DNA of 64,000 nucleotides from Gallionella sp. (GTDB lineage Bacteria; Pseudomonadota; Gammaproteobacteria; Burkholderiales; Gallionellaceae): NCBI GenBank assembly GCA_028687575.1, contig JAQTZW010000015.1, positions 106 through 64,105 of the forward strand, written 5' to 3'. Each line of letters starts with the position of its first letter. The first letter of the stretch is position 1. Under the pieces are notes generated by a model, which saw only the letters and a program-made list of their open reading frames with translations, searched no databases and had not been told where the DNA came from. Positions 21,334-32,714 of the stretch are shown here, one piece after another. Both the position numbers and the translations under genes were made by a program.

Positions 21334-22053
21334 ATCATTCAAGTGATTGGGGTCAAACTTGTCGGCAGTAGCGCGTTCTTCCTCCACATCGACGCCCATA
21401 CGCTCCAATTGTTTCAGAATGAAATCAATGCGTTGATCAACCGTCACGCTATGCCCTAGCAGGCCGTGTATGGCCTTGGCCATCGGATCATTCTGGTCGT
21501 TGCCGATGCCGTAGGCGTTGAATCCGGACGACTTCTTGCGTTCCTCGTCCAGTATCCGCGCCGGAATGCCGGCAGCCGTCGCACCCGCCGGCACATCCTT
21601 GACCACTACCGCGTTTGAGCCGATTTTTGCCCCCGCGCCGATGTGGATGGGCCCCAATATCTTGGCTCCCGCCCCCACTACCACACCGTCGCCCAGCGTA
21701 GGATGGCGCTTGCCTTCCTTCCAGGACGTGCCGCCCAGCGTCACGCCGTGATATAGCGTCACGTCATTGCCGATCTCGGCGGTCTCGCCGATCACCACGC
21801 CCATGCCGTGATCTATGAAGAAGCGCTGGCCGATGGTCGCACCCGGATGAATTTCAATCCCGGTCAGCGCACGGGTGAGGTGCGACAGGAAACGCGCCAG
21901 CCATTTCAGATTGGCATGCCACAGCCAATTGGTGAGGCGGTGCGCCATACGCGCATGCAGACCCGGATAGCAGGTCAGCACCTCGAAGGTGTTGCGTGCC
22001 GCCGGGTCGCGCGCAAACACGCTGGCAATGTCTTCCTTAATGTTTCTGAACAT
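21322..22053 (-). CDS. cysE: Serine O-acetyltransferase
   Basis: [27 protein letters not shown] hexapeptide repeats. Confidence 0.97.
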   Translation of the reverse strand: MFRNIKEDIASVFARDPAARNTFEVLTCYPGLHARMAHRLTNWLWHANLKWLARFLSHLTRALTGIEIHPGATIGQRFFIDHGMGVVIGETAEIGNDVTLYHGVTLGGTSWKEGKRHPTLGDGVVVGAGAKILGPIHIGAGAKIGSNAVVVKDVPAGATAAGIPARILDEERKKSSGFNAYGIGNDQNDPMAKAIHGLLGHSVTVDQRIDFILKQLERMGVDVEEERATADKFDPNHLNDIVD

Positions 22054-22810
22054 CTTGTTCCTGCTGGTAACGTGCTTTGAGGCGCGCATTGTAACCGCTA
22101 GTCACACTCAGGATGCCGCGCAGGATATTGACCTCCTCCGCTTCCAGCCTCGCCCGTGCGTACAGGCGGCGCAGGCGCTGCATCATGCGCGCCGGATTCT
22201 GGGTAGTGAAAAAGCCGATTTCGAGCAGCGTCTGCTCCAGATGCGCCATCAGTCCTTCCACCTGCTGATGCGTGGCAGGCAGTTCGCCCTGCGCCTCGAC
22301 AGGCTGCTGAGATTGCGCTGCGACTGCCAGTTCATACGCCATCACCTGTACCGCCGCCGCCAGATTCAGCGACGAAAATTCCGGATTGGCCGGAATGTTC
22401 ACCAACAGTTGTGCGCGACTGACCTCCTCATTGGTCAAACCCGACATCTCGGTGCCGAACAACAGCGCCACCGGATGCGCAGCGGCCTGCTGCGCCACCA
22501 GCGGCATGGCAGAGCGCGGCGTCGTCACCTCGTTGGAGATGTCGCGCAGCCGCGCCGTCATGCCCACGGTCAACACCACGTCCTGCAAGGCCTCGTCTAT
22601 CGAGCCGCATACCACCGCGTTTTCCAGCACATCGTCCGCCCCGGCGGCCATCGCGCTGGCCTGCGGATCGGGGAAATGGCGCGGATTTATCAGGTACAAG
22701 CGGTGCAGCCCCATCGCCTTCATCGCCCGTGCCGCCGCACCGATATTGCCCGGATGGGAGGTGTGACTCAACACCACTCTGACGTTACTTAAATGATTTT
22801 GTTTATACAA
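22037..22810 (-). CDS. trmJ: tRNA (C32/U32)-2'-O-methyltransferase TrmJ
   Basis: [45 protein letters not shown]. Confidence 0.93.
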   Translation of the reverse strand: MYKQNHLSNVRVVLSHTSHPGNIGAAARAMKAMGLHRLYLINPRHFPDPQASAMAAGADDVLENAVVCGSIDEALQDVVLTVGMTARLRDISNEVTTPRSAMPLVAQQAAAHPVALLFGTEMSGLTNEEVSRAQLLVNIPANPEFSSLNLAAAVQVMAYELAVAAQSQQPVEAQGELPATHQQVEGLMAHLEQTLLEIGFFTTQNPARMMQRLRRLYARARLEAEEVNILRGILSVTSGYNARLKARYQQEQDVQKH

Positions 22811-22871
22811 AGCTCAATTCCAACTAAAATGCGCGCTGAATTTTTACAGCTCATTAACACAGGGTCCCAAT

Positions 22872-23687
22872 ATGCATCCCATGCTCAACATCGCGGTGAA
22901 AGCCGCACGCCGCGCCGGCAATCTCATCTACCGCAGTGCGGACAAGGTGGATCACCTCACCATCACCAAAAAATCCCATGCGGATTTCGTCAGCGAAGTG
23001 GACCGGGCCGCCGAACAGACCATCATTCAGACCCTGCTGGAGGCCTACCCGGAGCACGCGATTCTAGCAGAAGAGAGCGGCGTTCACGGCGAATCGGACT
23101 TCGTCTGGATCATAGACCCGCTGGATGGCACGACCAATTTTCTGCACGGCATCCCGCAATACGCGGTGTCCATCGCATTGCAGCACAAGGGCATCATCAC
23201 TCAGGCAGTGGTCTACGACCCGACCAAGAACGAGCTGTTCACCGCCACGCGCGGTCGCGGCGCGTTCCTCAACGACAAGCGCATCCGCGTCACCAAGCGT
23301 TTGCACATGGAAGACGCGCTGATCGGCACCGGTTTTCCTTACACCCGCTTCGAACACATGGACGCCTACATGGGTATCTTCCGCGACCTGATGCAGCAGA
23401 CCGCCGGCCTGCGCCGCCCCGGTTCGGCGGCACTGGATCTGGCCTGGCTGGCAGCCGGACGTTTCGACGGCTTCTTCGAGACCGGCCTGAAGTCCTGGGA
23501 CATCGCCGCTGGCACGCTGCTGATCACCGAAGCGGGCGGCCTGGTCAGCGACCTGCATGGCTCCGACAGCTTCCTGACTACCGGCCACATCTGTGCCGGC
23601 AACCCGGAGATTCATCCGAAGCTGCTGAGCGTCATCGCTCCCCACCTGACTCCGGCACTGAAAGGTCAGAGCGCTAGCGCAGCCTGA
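22872..23687 (+). CDS. suhB: Inositol monophosphatase SuhB
   Basis: [34 protein letters not shown]. Confidence 0.96.
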   Translation: MHPMLNIAVKAARRAGNLIYRSADKVDHLTITKKSHADFVSEVDRAAEQTIIQTLLEAYPEHAILAEESGVHGESDFVWIIDPLDGTTNFLHGIPQYAVSIALQHKGIITQAVVYDPTKNELFTATRGRGAFLNDKRIRVTKRLHMEDALIGTGFPYTRFEHMDAYMGIFRDLMQQTAGLRRPGSAALDLAWLAAGRFDGFFETGLKSWDIAAGTLLITEAGGLVSDLHGSDSFLTTGHICAGNPEIHPKLLSVIAPHLTPALKGQSASAA

Positions 23688-23692
23688 CACAC

Positions 23693-24724
23693 ATGAACGT
23701 CCTGCTCGCGCTGACCATCGCGACCATCGTGATCGTACTGGTGTTTGAGTACACCAACGGCTTTCACGATGCCGCGAACATCATCGCGACAGTGATCGCA
23801 TCGCGTGCGATGACGCCGGTGCAGGCCGTGCTGATCGTCGGTTTTTTCGAATTCCTCGGCCCGATGCTGGGCGGCACTGCGGTCGCCAACACCATCGGCA
23901 GCTTCGTTACCCTGGATGACATTGCCCCCCTCAAATCGCTGACCGTCGTACTGTGTGGGCTGATTGGTGCGATCGCCTGGAATCTGCTGACCTGGTGGCG
24001 CGGCATCCCCTCATCTTCCTCGCACGCGCTGGTCGGCGGACTGGTCGGTGTGATAGTGGTGTCGACCGATGCCAGCCATGTGGCCTGGGGATACCAGGAG
24101 TTGCTGCACGGCCATATCAGCGGTGTCGCCAAGGTGATCGCCGCACTGGTGCTCTCGCCCATCGTCGGCTTCGGCATCGGCTTTCTGATACACCGCTTGA
24201 TGATGCTGGCGCTGCGCGGGGCGCACCCTTCCATCAACCGCGACCTGCGCCGCCTGCAATTCGTCACCTCGGCAGGACTGGCCTTCTCGCATGGTGCCAA
24301 CGACGGCCAGAAGAGCATGGGCATCCTGACGCTGGTGCTGCTGCTGGGTGGCTTCATCCACTCCTTCGCCGTGCCCTTCTGGGTGATGCTGGCCTGCTCT
24401 TGCGCCATCACTGCCGGCATCCTGACGGGCGGCTGGCAGATCGTGCGCACGCTGGGATTCTCCATCTACAAGATACGACCGCTGCACGCGCTGGATTCGC
24501 AATTGACTGCCGCCGGCGTAATCTTCGGCGCATCGTTGGCCGGCGCGCCGGTTTCGACCACCCACGTGGTCGCCACCTCCATCATGGGTATAGGCGCTTC
24601 GGAGCGCCCCAAAGCGGTGCGCTGGGGTAAGGCCGGCGAGATCGTCGTCACCTGGCTGATCACCATTCCCGGCGCAGCCCTGATGTCAGTGGCATGTTAT
24701 CTTGCCGTAAACGCTTTGCTCTGA
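23693..24724 (+). CDS. PiT-family inorganic phosphate transporter
   Basis: NGFHDAAN and HGANDGQK signature motifs, PVSTTH. Confidence 0.95.
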   Translation: MNVLLALTIATIVIVLVFEYTNGFHDAANIIATVIASRAMTPVQAVLIVGFFEFLGPMLGGTAVANTIGSFVTLDDIAPLKSLTVVLCGLIGAIAWNLLTWWRGIPSSSSHALVGGLVGVIVVSTDASHVAWGYQELLHGHISGVAKVIAALVLSPIVGFGIGFLIHRLMMLALRGAHPSINRDLRRLQFVTSAGLAFSHGANDGQKSMGILTLVLLLGGFIHSFAVPFWVMLACSCAITAGILTGGWQIVRTLGFSIYKIRPLHALDSQLTAAGVIFGASLAGAPVSTTHVVATSIMGIGASERPKAVRWGKAGEIVVTWLITIPGAALMSVACYLAVNALL

Positions 24725-24737
24725 GGAGGAAATTCAG

Positions 24738-25379
24738 ATGAACGCCACCGCAAAATCCATGTTCGTCGTCATCCTGGAACGCGTCTTCCCCAAGATGCCG
24801 GACTTCTTCTACATGCTCACCGAGCAGAACATCCGCGTCACCCACACCGTCAACCTGCTGGTGCAGTACATGGAGAACGGTGACCCGTCTATCGCCGAGG
24901 CGCTCAAACAAAACGTCCACGAAGCAGACCTCCTCAAGGTGCGCAACCTGCACGAACTCAATGAGGCGTTCTCCACACCGATAGACCGCGAGGACATCTA
25001 CCGCGCCATCATGAGCCTCGACGACATCGTGATGTATTGCAAGACCACGGTGCACGAGATGGATGTGCTGGAAGTGACGGCGGACAGCTTCATGTGCGAT
25101 TTTTCCTATTGCCTTAAAGACGGTGTGGACGCGCTGGCCAACGGCTACGCCAAACTCGGCAGCGCACCGGCCAGTGCCGCGCATGATGCCGATGCTGCAC
25201 GCAAGGCCGAACGCCATGCCGAAAAACTCTATCGCGTCGCATTGCCTCAGTTGTTCGAGGGAAACGATTACATCAACATGTTCAAACGCCGCGAGATCTA
25301 CCGGCATCTCACCAACGCCGCCGAACACATGGCGCAATGTGCCAACACCCTGCACGACATCGTCGTCAAGATCAGCTGA
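24738..25379 (+). CDS. DUF47 phosphate transport regulator
   Basis: FSTPIDREDI...LDD; paired with the PiT gene. Confidence 0.9.
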   Translation: MNATAKSMFVVILERVFPKMPDFFYMLTEQNIRVTHTVNLLVQYMENGDPSIAEALKQNVHEADLLKVRNLHELNEAFSTPIDREDIYRAIMSLDDIVMYCKTTVHEMDVLEVTADSFMCDFSYCLKDGVDALANGYAKLGSAPASAAHDADAARKAERHAEKLYRVALPQLFEGNDYINMFKRREIYRHLTNAAEHMAQCANTLHDIVVKIS

Positions 25380-25386
25380 GGACACC

Positions 25387-26319
25387 ATGATAGAGATTGA
25401 AAAACTCACCTTCGACCACCCCGGACACCGCGCGCTGGACGCGGTATCGCTGCGCGTCCCGGAGGGCAGCGTCACCGCGCTGGTCGGACCAAACGGCGCG
25501 GGCAAGACCACGCTGATCCGCTGCATCGCCGGCCTCGAAACGCCGCTGGAAGGCCGCATCACGGTGGACGGCACGGATGTCATCGAACAACCGCGCGAAG
25601 TGCACCGCATCATGGGCTACCTGTCCGACTTCTACGGCCTGTACCAGGAACTCTCCGTCGCCCGCTGCCTGGAATACGCTGCCGCTGCGCAAGGACTGCC
25701 GGAGGCGGACATCTCGGCGGCGGTCGCCCGCACCGCCGCCCAACTCGACCTGGCCGACAAGCTTGCGCAACCCGCCGGCAACCTGTCGCGCGGTCAACGC
25801 CAGCGCGTCGCCATCGGCCAGGCCATCATCCACCGGCCCAAGTTGCTGCTACTGGACGAACCGGCCTCCGGCCTCGACCCGGAGGCGCGCGCCAGCCTGG
25901 CCATCCTGTTCCGTCAGTTGCAGGCTGAGGGCATGACACTGCTGGTGTCGTCACACATCCTGGCCGAACTCGACGAATACTCGACCCACATGCTGGCGCT
26001 GCGCGATGGCCGCATTCTGGAAAACCGCCAGCTGCATCCGGTTCACACCGCACAGGCGACCCGCCGCCTGCGGCTCGAACTCTCTTCCCCGGACCAGCGG
26101 CTGCCCGGCTGGATGCAGCAACAGGCGGGCGTCTTGCCAAGACAGTCCGATGCACAGCAGGCCGAGTTCGACTTTAACGGCGACGCACACGCGCAGGCCG
26201 CACTGCTGAAGGCGCTGATAGCACAAGGCTTCCCAGTCTGTAGCCTGGCCTCGCACAAGGAGAACCTGCAACAATCATACCTGCGCACCGTCGCTGCCCA
26301 TCTGGAGGGAACACGATGA
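25387..26319 (+). CDS. ABC transporter ATP-binding protein
   Basis: GPNGAGKT, LSRGQRQR, LLLDEPASGLDP, VSSHILAEL; start at ATG 25387. Confidence 0.95.
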   Translation: MIEIEKLTFDHPGHRALDAVSLRVPEGSVTALVGPNGAGKTTLIRCIAGLETPLEGRITVDGTDVIEQPREVHRIMGYLSDFYGLYQELSVARCLEYAAAAQGLPEADISAAVARTAAQLDLADKLAQPAGNLSRGQRQRVAIGQAIIHRPKLLLLDEPASGLDPEARASLAILFRQLQAEGMTLLVSSHILAELDEYSTHMLALRDGRILENRQLHPVHTAQATRRLRLELSSPDQRLPGWMQQQAGVLPRQSDAQQAEFDFNGDAHAQAALLKALIAQGFPVCSLASHKENLQQSYLRTVAAHLEGTR

Positions 26320-27632
26320 ACAACCCGGAATTCAAGCGCAACCTGTGGCTGTCGTTCTCGTCGCACGGCCTGATCGCCATGCCCGCGCTGCTGGCGCTCA
26401 GTTTGATCGCCACCGCACTGGCATCGGAAGGCAACAACAAGATGGAAAGCCTGCATTCGGTCGCCACCGCGCTGTTCATCTTCGTGGTCTGGCTGTGGGG
26501 CATGCGCAACGCCAATGCCAGCATCGTAGACGAGATACGCGACAAGACCTGGGACCAGCAACGCATGAGCGCGCTGTCGCCGTGGACCATGACCTGGGGC
26601 AAGCTGTTCGGCGCGACCGCTTTCAACTGGTATGGCGGTCTGATGTGCCTGGCGGTGATCGCCGGCGCCGGCCTTGCCGCCGGCCTGCCGGATGTACCGG
26701 CCACGCTGATCACCCTGTGCGCCGCCGGCATCACGCTGCACGCCGGCGTCATCGCGATCAACCTGCATGCCTGCCAGTTCGAATCGCAGTTCGTGCAGCG
26801 AGGCGGCATGGGCTGGCTGGGCATCATCTTCGCCTTGATACTGTGGAGCGGATTCGCCAGTTACGAGACGCAGCCGTTCCGCTGGTGGGGCAGGGAATTC
26901 GGTCACGCCTTGTTCCTGCTCGATAGCGCCCTGCTGTTCGCCGCCTGCGCGATCTTCGCCGCCTGGCGCGTGGTCAGCAACGCCTTGCAGGTGCGCACTC
27001 TACCCTGGGCATGGCCGGCTTTCGCGGTGCTGATGTCGGTCTATCTGGCGGGCTTCGCCTATCAGGGCAACCTGCTCACACTGTGGGAAACCGGGCTGAT
27101 GGTCACGCTGGTCATGTCGTATGCCGCCCTGTTCACCGAAACCAACAGCCTGCTGCGCTGGAACAAGCTGCGCCTGCTGCAGGCCCGCCAGCAATGGCGC
27201 GGCTGGCTGGAACACCTGCCGATGTGGCCGGGGACGGTCGCCCTGTGCCTGCTGTTCGCACTGCTGCTGGCCGCCGCCTCCGGCGGCATGCCGGAAACCA
27301 TTACTGCATTGACGCCACTGCAAGGCCCACAGGCGCTCACGCTGGCGCTGATGCTGGTGCGTGATGCCGGCATCCTGCTGTTCTTCTCGTTCGCGCAACG
27401 AGCCCGACGCGCCGTCGGCATCACCCTGCTGTACCTGCTGGTGTTGGATATGCTGCTGCCCTTCCTCGCCAACGTAGCGGGCATCGAAGCCCTGCGCTAT
27501 TTCCTGCAACCCCTCGATTTTGCGGTTATCTCCTGGAACAGCCCGCTGATCATGAGCCTGCACGCACTGATCGCAGTCGGTCTGGTTGCATGGCGGCTGA
27601 AGCAATCCACGCAGGCGACTGACAAACCATGA
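26316..27632 (+). CDS. Multi-pass membrane protein, probable ABC-2-type permease
   Basis: About 12 hydrophobic segments; [17 protein letters not shown]...GKLFG loop; ATGA-coupled to the ATPase and to mutS. Confidence 0.75.
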   Translation: MNNPEFKRNLWLSFSSHGLIAMPALLALSLIATALASEGNNKMESLHSVATALFIFVVWLWGMRNANASIVDEIRDKTWDQQRMSALSPWTMTWGKLFGATAFNWYGGLMCLAVIAGAGLAAGLPDVPATLITLCAAGITLHAGVIAINLHACQFESQFVQRGGMGWLGIIFALILWSGFASYETQPFRWWGREFGHALFLLDSALLFAACAIFAAWRVVSNALQVRTLPWAWPAFAVLMSVYLAGFAYQGNLLTLWETGLMVTLVMSYAALFTETNSLLRWNKLRLLQARQQWRGWLEHLPMWPGTVALCLLFALLLAAASGGMPETITALTPLQGPQALTLALMLVRDAGILLFFSFAQRARRAVGITLLYLLVLDMLLPFLANVAGIEALRYFLQPLDFAVISWNSPLIMSLHALIAVGLVAWRLKQSTQATDKP

Positions 27633-30253
27633 CCGACGCCGCCCTCGCCAAACACACGCCGATGATGCAGCAATACCTGCGCATCAAGGCCGAGCACCCC
27701 GACCTGCTGCTGTTCTACCGGATGGGCGACTTTTACGAGTTGTTCTTCGACGACGCCACGCGCGCGGCCAAACTGCTGGACATCACGCTAACCCAGCGCG
27801 GCGCGTCCGGCGGCCAGCCGATCAAGATGGCGGGCGTGCCCTACCACGCCGCCGAGCAATACCTGGCGCGACTGGTGAAGCTGGGTGTGTCGGTGGCGAT
27901 CTGCGAGCAGATCGGCGACCCGGCAACCAGCAAGGGGCCGGTGGAACGCAAGGTGGTGCGCATCGTCACCCCCGGCACCGTCACAGATTCCGCGCTGCTT
28001 GAAGAGAAGCGCGACAACCTGCTGCTGGCATTGCACCAACGACGCGAGCGCATCGGGCTGGCCTGGCTGAACCTGGCCTCCGGACAATTTTTCGTCAGCG
28101 AAACTTCGGCTGACGCGCTGGCCGGCGAACTAGGCCGATTGCAACCGTCTGAGCTACTGCACGCCGAAAGTGCGACCGCGCCAGCAGGTCACCAGCCTGC
28201 CAGCAAATCGCTACCCGACTGGCATTTCGAACTGGATACCGCACGGCGCACGCTGTGCCAGCAATTCGCCACGCTAGACCTGTCCGGATTCGGCTGCGAC
28301 GAATTCACTGTGGGACTGGAAGCGGCTGGTGCGCTGCTAGGCTACGCTCGCCTGACGCAAGGGCAGTCCATCAGCCACATCCGTGGCATACAGGTGTACA
28401 GCGCCCAGCGTTACGTGCGCATGGATGCCGCCACCCGACGCAATCTGGAGATCACCCAGACGCTGCGCGGCGAACCGGCGCCCACGCTGCTGTCACTGCT
28501 GGACACCTGCGCCACCAATATGGGCAGCCGATTGCTGGCCCACTGGCTGCATCATCCGTTGCGCGACCGCACCGTGCTGCGCGCCAGGCTGGATGCGGTG
28601 GACCAGCTAGGTGTCCCCGAGACCTCTCCTCCCCTGACCAGGGGAGAGCGTAGCGAGGGGCTCCGGGAGGGGTTAGGGAGGACGACAGGGGTTTATGCCG
28701 ACCTGCACGCCCGCCTCAAACCCTGCGTGGATGTGGAACGCATCACGGCGCGCATCGCGCTGCGTAGCGCCCGCCCCCGCGACCTGTCCGGCCTGCGCGA
28801 CACGCTTTTAGCCCTGCCGCAACTGCACGCAGCGCTGTCCGCTTGCGATACCGCATTGCTGGCCGACCTAACCAGCGCGTTGCGCGCCGATGAGCATATC
28901 GGACTACTGCTCCAAAGCGCGCTGCGTACCGAACCGTCCGTCGTGCTGCGCGAAGGCGGCGTGATTGCCGATGGATTCGATGCCGAACTGGACGAACTAC
29001 GCGGCATCCAGAATAACTGTGGCGAATTTCTGCTGGCATTGGAAGCGCGCGAACGGGCGCGCACCGGCATCGCCACGCTGAAAGTGGAATACAACCGCGT
29101 ACATGGCTTCTACATCGAAGTGACCCACGCGCAGTCGGCCAACGTGCCGGACGATTACCGCCGCCGCCAGACGCTGAAAAACGCCGAGCGCTACATCACG
29201 CCGGAACTGAAAGCCTTCGAAGACAAGGCGTTGTCGGCCAACGAGCGTGCGCTGGCGCGGGAGAAATTCCTCTACGACGCGCTGCTCGACCAACTCGCAC
29301 CTTGTGTGCCGCAATTGCAGCGCATCGCCGCAGCCCTCGCCGAACTGGACGTACTGGCCACTTTCGCCGAGCGCTCAGCCACCCTCAAGCTCATCGCTCC
29401 GCGCTTCACCGAGGAGCCGCGCATCAGCATCGCACGCGGACGCCACCCGGTAGTGGAGTCGCAGGTCGAGCGCTTCACCGCCAACGACACCGAATTGGGG
29501 AAAGCGCGCCAGATGCTGCTGGTCACCGGTCCGAACATGGGCGGCAAATCTACCTACATGCGCCAGGTCGCCATCATCGCGCTGCTGGCACATATTGGTT
29601 GCCATGTACCGGCAGACGAAGTTGCGCTGCCGGAGATAGACCAGATATTCACCCGCATCGGCTCTTCTGATGACCTGGCTTCCGGCCGTTCCACCTTTAT
29701 GGTCGAAATGACCGAAGCTGCCAACATCCTGCACAACGCCACTGACCAAAGCCTGGTACTGGTGGACGAAATCGGTCGGGGCACCTCCACCTTCGACGGA
29801 CTGGCGCTGGCCTACGCGATTGCGCGTCACCTGCTGGAGAAAACCCGCAGCTACACGCTGTTCGCCACCCACTATTTTGAACTGACCCGGTTAGCCGAGG
29901 CGTATCAGCAACTCGCCAACGTACATCTCGCAGCCGTGGAGCACCAGCACCGCATCGTATTTCTGCATGCAGTCAACGAGGGCGCAGCCAGCCAAAGTTA
30001 TGGACTACAAGTCGCCGCCCTCGCCGGCGTACCGCACAGCGTCATCCGCAACGCCAAACGGCAACTCGTTCGTCTGGAACAACAAAGCGCCGCCCAAAGT
30101 CCACAAGGCGACCTGTTCGACCATCAAGAAATTGAACCGCAAGAAATGGAAGAACACCCGCTGCTGGCCGCGCTGCGCGACCTGCAACCTGATGAGTTAA
30201 GCCCGCGCGAGGCACTGGAGAAGTTGTATCAGTTAAAGAAGCTCATTTATTGA
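27629..30253 (+). CDS. mutS: DNA mismatch repair protein MutS (with in-frame repeat-derived insert)
   Basis: [50 protein letters not shown]. Confidence 0.99.
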   Translation: MTDAALAKHTPMMQQYLRIKAEHPDLLLFYRMGDFYELFFDDATRAAKLLDITLTQRGASGGQPIKMAGVPYHAAEQYLARLVKLGVSVAICEQIGDPATSKGPVERKVVRIVTPGTVTDSALLEEKRDNLLLALHQRRERIGLAWLNLASGQFFVSETSADALAGELGRLQPSELLHAESATAPAGHQPASKSLPDWHFELDTARRTLCQQFATLDLSGFGCDEFTVGLEAAGALLGYARLTQGQSISHIRGIQVYSAQRYVRMDAATRRNLEITQTLRGEPAPTLLSLLDTCATNMGSRLLAHWLHHPLRDRTVLRARLDAVDQLGVPETSPPLTRGERSEGLREGLGRTTGVYADLHARLKPCVDVERITARIALRSARPRDLSGLRDTLLALPQLHAALSACDTALLADLTSALRADEHIGLLLQSALRTEPSVVLREGGVIADGFDAELDELRGIQNNCGEFLLALEARERARTGIATLKVEYNRVHGFYIEVTHAQSANVPDDYRRRQTLKNAERYITPELKAFEDKALSANERALAREKFLYDALLDQLAPCVPQLQRIAAALAELDVLATFAERSATLKLIAPRFTEEPRISIARGRHPVVESQVERFTANDTELGKARQMLLVTGPNMGGKSTYMRQVAIIALLAHIGCHVPADEVALPEIDQIFTRIGSSDDLASGRSTFMVEMTEAANILHNATDQSLVLVDEIGRGTSTFDGLALAYAIARHLLEKTRSYTLFATHYFELTRLAEAYQQLANVHLAAVEHQHRIVFLHAVNEGAASQSYGLQVAALAGVPHSVIRNAKRQLVRLEQQSAAQSPQGDLFDHQEIEPQEMEEHPLLAALRDLQPDELSPREALEKLYQLKKLIY
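28626..28674. repeat. Copy of the 12540-12588 repeat inside the mutS CDS
   Basis: 45/49 nt identical to the reverse complement of 12540..12588 (hand alignment). Confidence 0.9.
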
Positions 30254-30413
30254 GTCGGCCAGCTTTATTCGTGCCTCCGTTCACATTGAGTTTGCGAAGT
30301 GTGCGCGGATTGCTGTGCTTAGACAGACTGGGCGCGAACAGGGGGGGCGGTTTGATTCCTGCCGAATCACAGGCCGCAGGGAAAGCACTGATGAGGAAAA
30401 AGCCCTTTAACGA

Positions 30414-30443
30414 CAAAAGCCAGAATTTTCATTCTGGCTTTTG
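30414..30443. terminator. Bidirectional terminator-like hairpin between mutS and the cytochrome c gene
   Basis: CAAAAGCCAGAAT-TTTC-ATTCTGGCTTTTG. Confidence 0.75.
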
Positions 30444-30478
30444 CGTATTCGGCCGAGAAGCAGCCTTTACCTAAAGAC

Positions 30479-30826
30479 TTACATCTTGCCGGATTTTACA
30501 GCAGCAAAGATTGCTTCTGCTGCGGCATCTTCATGGCCTTTGATGTTGCTGGAGTACATGCCTGTCATGATGCCAGCTTTAGCTTTCCATTTGCCGTCAG
30601 CTTGCGCCACTTTGCGATCTTCAACTTTAAAGCCAGATTTGAAAACAGCGGCCAGAGTTTTAGCATCGCCATATTTCTCTGTAACGGTTTTGAACGCCGG
30701 TCCAACAACATCCTTATCAACAGCATGACAAGCTTTGCATGCTCCAGTATTGAAGTCGCCCGCCATTACGCTACCAGCAACCATGATGCCAACTGCTGCA
30801 AACAAACTAACGATGATAGATTTCAT
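30479..30826 (-). CDS. Monoheme class I cytochrome c (c551/c552-like)
   Basis: Signal peptide, CKACH, VVGPAF, distal Met candidate (GIMTGM). Confidence 0.92.
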   Translation of the reverse strand: MKSIIVSLFAAVGIMVAGSVMAGDFNTGACKACHAVDKDVVGPAFKTVTEKYGDAKTLAAVFKSGFKVEDRKVAQADGKWKAKAGIMTGMYSSNIKGHEDAAAEAIFAAVKSGKM

Positions 30827-31067
30827 GTATTACTCTCCACTATTAAATTGATAAAACTTGAAGGATATTGCCACCTTGCTACGCTAACCAACCGTTCGGT
30901 TTGAAAACCATTCCTCCTCGGCTGTGTGTCGGTTAACGCATCACTATCCGTATTGGTTGACGTTGAGATACGACGATGTGTACCACACACTGAGAATATT
31001 CTTGATGCAGTGATACAAGAGAATTTTGCAGAGTTAAAACAGGTAGGAAAAAAGCCTTAAAAGCCAA

Positions 31068-31100
31068 GAAGGGTTTGACTGGGAACCAGCCAAACCCTTC
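31068..31100 (-). terminator. Hairpin downstream of the small ORF
   Basis: GAAGGGTTTG...CAAACCCTTC with T-rich runs nearby on the minus strand. Confidence 0.5.
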
Positions 31101-31143
31101 AGTCATAGAGGTGGTGAGCGACAGATTCGCCCCGACCGACAAA

Positions 31144-31224
31144 TCAAAACAGCAAGCCGCTCACCAAAAGGACACCCATAATCAGCGCGAGCACAACCAC
31201 GGGCAGATATTCTTCGAAATTCAT
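31144..31224 (-). CDS. Putative 26-aa single-TM small protein
   Basis: MNFEEYLPVVVLALIMGVLLVSGLLF; AGGA upstream; hairpin downstream. Too short for the ORF track. Confidence 0.5.
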   Translation of the reverse strand: MNFEEYLPVVVLALIMGVLLVSGLLF

Positions 31225-31549
31225 TTCCTGTTTCGGCGAGTAAGCCCGCATACAAATCGTGACATCTCGCTCATTGTGTAATTGACCATTGTGAAATCTC
31301 ATTTTTTGCTCCTTTCGACAGGTGAATCCAGTGAGTGCAGATTAACAAAGCAGAAGCGTCATCCCAAGCCCGTGCATCGGCAGGGCCTCTGGCACACAAA
31401 CGGCGGCAGCACGCCGACGAACGGTGACTTTTCGGGAGTGAGCGGCAAGACCCAAAATGACGATCCGTTGCCAGTCAAAATCTCCGCCTGACGCACCCGC
31501 CAGATATGAAATAATTCCACTTCCCGCCATCCCGTCCTGAGCAAGCCTT

Positions 31550-32647
31550 ATGCCGATCGCGCCTCACCTTGTCGTCTCCATCTCCGGCCACGGCTTCGGC
31601 CATGTCGCGCAGACTGCACCGGTACTGAATGCGCTGCACGCGCTGCGCCCGGACATCCGCTACACCGTGCGCTCGGCTGTACCAGAAAGTCATCTGCGCT
31701 CGCGCATCCATGCGCCGTTCACTCACCTGCAGAGCGAAGGTGACATCGGCATGGTGATGTCTTCGGCGCTGCATGTGCGCGCAGCCGACAGCCGCGCCGC
31801 CTACCGCGCCTTTCACGCAGACTGGCAGCAGCGCGTGACCGAGGAGGCAGACCTGTTGCGCGCACTCGGCGCGGATTGCGTATTCTCCAACGTCGGCTAT
31901 CTGCCGCTGGCGGGCGCACAGCGGGCAGGCATTGCCAACGCTGCGATGTGTTCGCTGAACTGGGCCGACATCTACCGCCATTATTGCGGCGACTCGACCT
32001 CGGGTGCAGAAGCGACAGACCTACAGATCATCCGCCAGATTCAGTCGTATTACGCACAGGCGGATGCCTTCCTGCGCACCACGCCGGGCATGGCAATGGA
32101 TGACTTGCCCAACCGCGTAACAGTCGCCCCTATCGCCGACTTGGGAACGAATCGGCGAGATGCACTCAATCGCCAACTGCAGCTGTCCGGACAGGAACAA
32201 CTGGTACTCATCAGCATGGGTGGCATAGCCAGTCGTCTGCCGATCGAAGACTGGCCGCGCATGGCAGGCGTACGTTATCTGGTGCAGGCAAGCTGGCAGG
32301 CCGACCATCCCGATGCCATCGTATTCGATGCCCTGCCCTTCAGTTTTAGCGATCTGCTGGCCAGTTGCGACGTGCTGCTTTGCAAGCCTGGCTACGGCAG
32401 CTTTGTCGAAGCAAGCAGTTGTGGCGTACCGTTGCTCTATGTCGGCAGGCCTGACTGGCCAGAATCCCCGGCGCTGACTGACTGGCTTAAACAGCATGGA
32501 ATCAGCCGGGAAATCACGCCGGAAGCGATAGCGCACGGTGATTTCGCTGCCGAACTGCAACAACTTTGCTCGGCAAACAGGCCCGCGCCAGCGATACCTG
32601 ATGGTGCGCGGCAAGCCGCCGCATGGCTGGCTAATAGGATAGGCTGA
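31550..32647 (+). CDS. GT-B-fold glycosyltransferase-like protein
   Basis: ISGHGFGHVAQ N-terminal motif; DLLASCDVLLCKPGYGSFVEA...RPDWPE C-terminal motif. Confidence 0.8.
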   Translation: MPIAPHLVVSISGHGFGHVAQTAPVLNALHALRPDIRYTVRSAVPESHLRSRIHAPFTHLQSEGDIGMVMSSALHVRAADSRAAYRAFHADWQQRVTEEADLLRALGADCVFSNVGYLPLAGAQRAGIANAAMCSLNWADIYRHYCGDSTSGAEATDLQIIRQIQSYYAQADAFLRTTPGMAMDDLPNRVTVAPIADLGTNRRDALNRQLQLSGQEQLVLISMGGIASRLPIEDWPRMAGVRYLVQASWQADHPDAIVFDALPFSFSDLLASCDVLLCKPGYGSFVEASSCGVPLLYVGRPDWPESPALTDWLKQHGISREITPEAIAHGDFAAELQQLCSANRPAPAIPDGARQAAAWLANRIG

Positions 32648-32653
32648 AAGACA

Positions 32654-32683
32654 ACGGGGACGCATGTCGCCATGCGTCCCCGT
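32654..32683. terminator. Hairpin between convergent genes
   Basis: ACGGGGACGCATG-TCGC-CATGCGTCCCCGT. Confidence 0.7.
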
Positions 32684-32714
32684 CTAGTTGCACCCGATCC
32701 GGGCCAGCTACCGA

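Noticed and set aside
31342-31544. ORFs of about 60 aa on the minus strand
   Set aside because: No clear RBS or recognisable motif, and two competing frames are equally weak.
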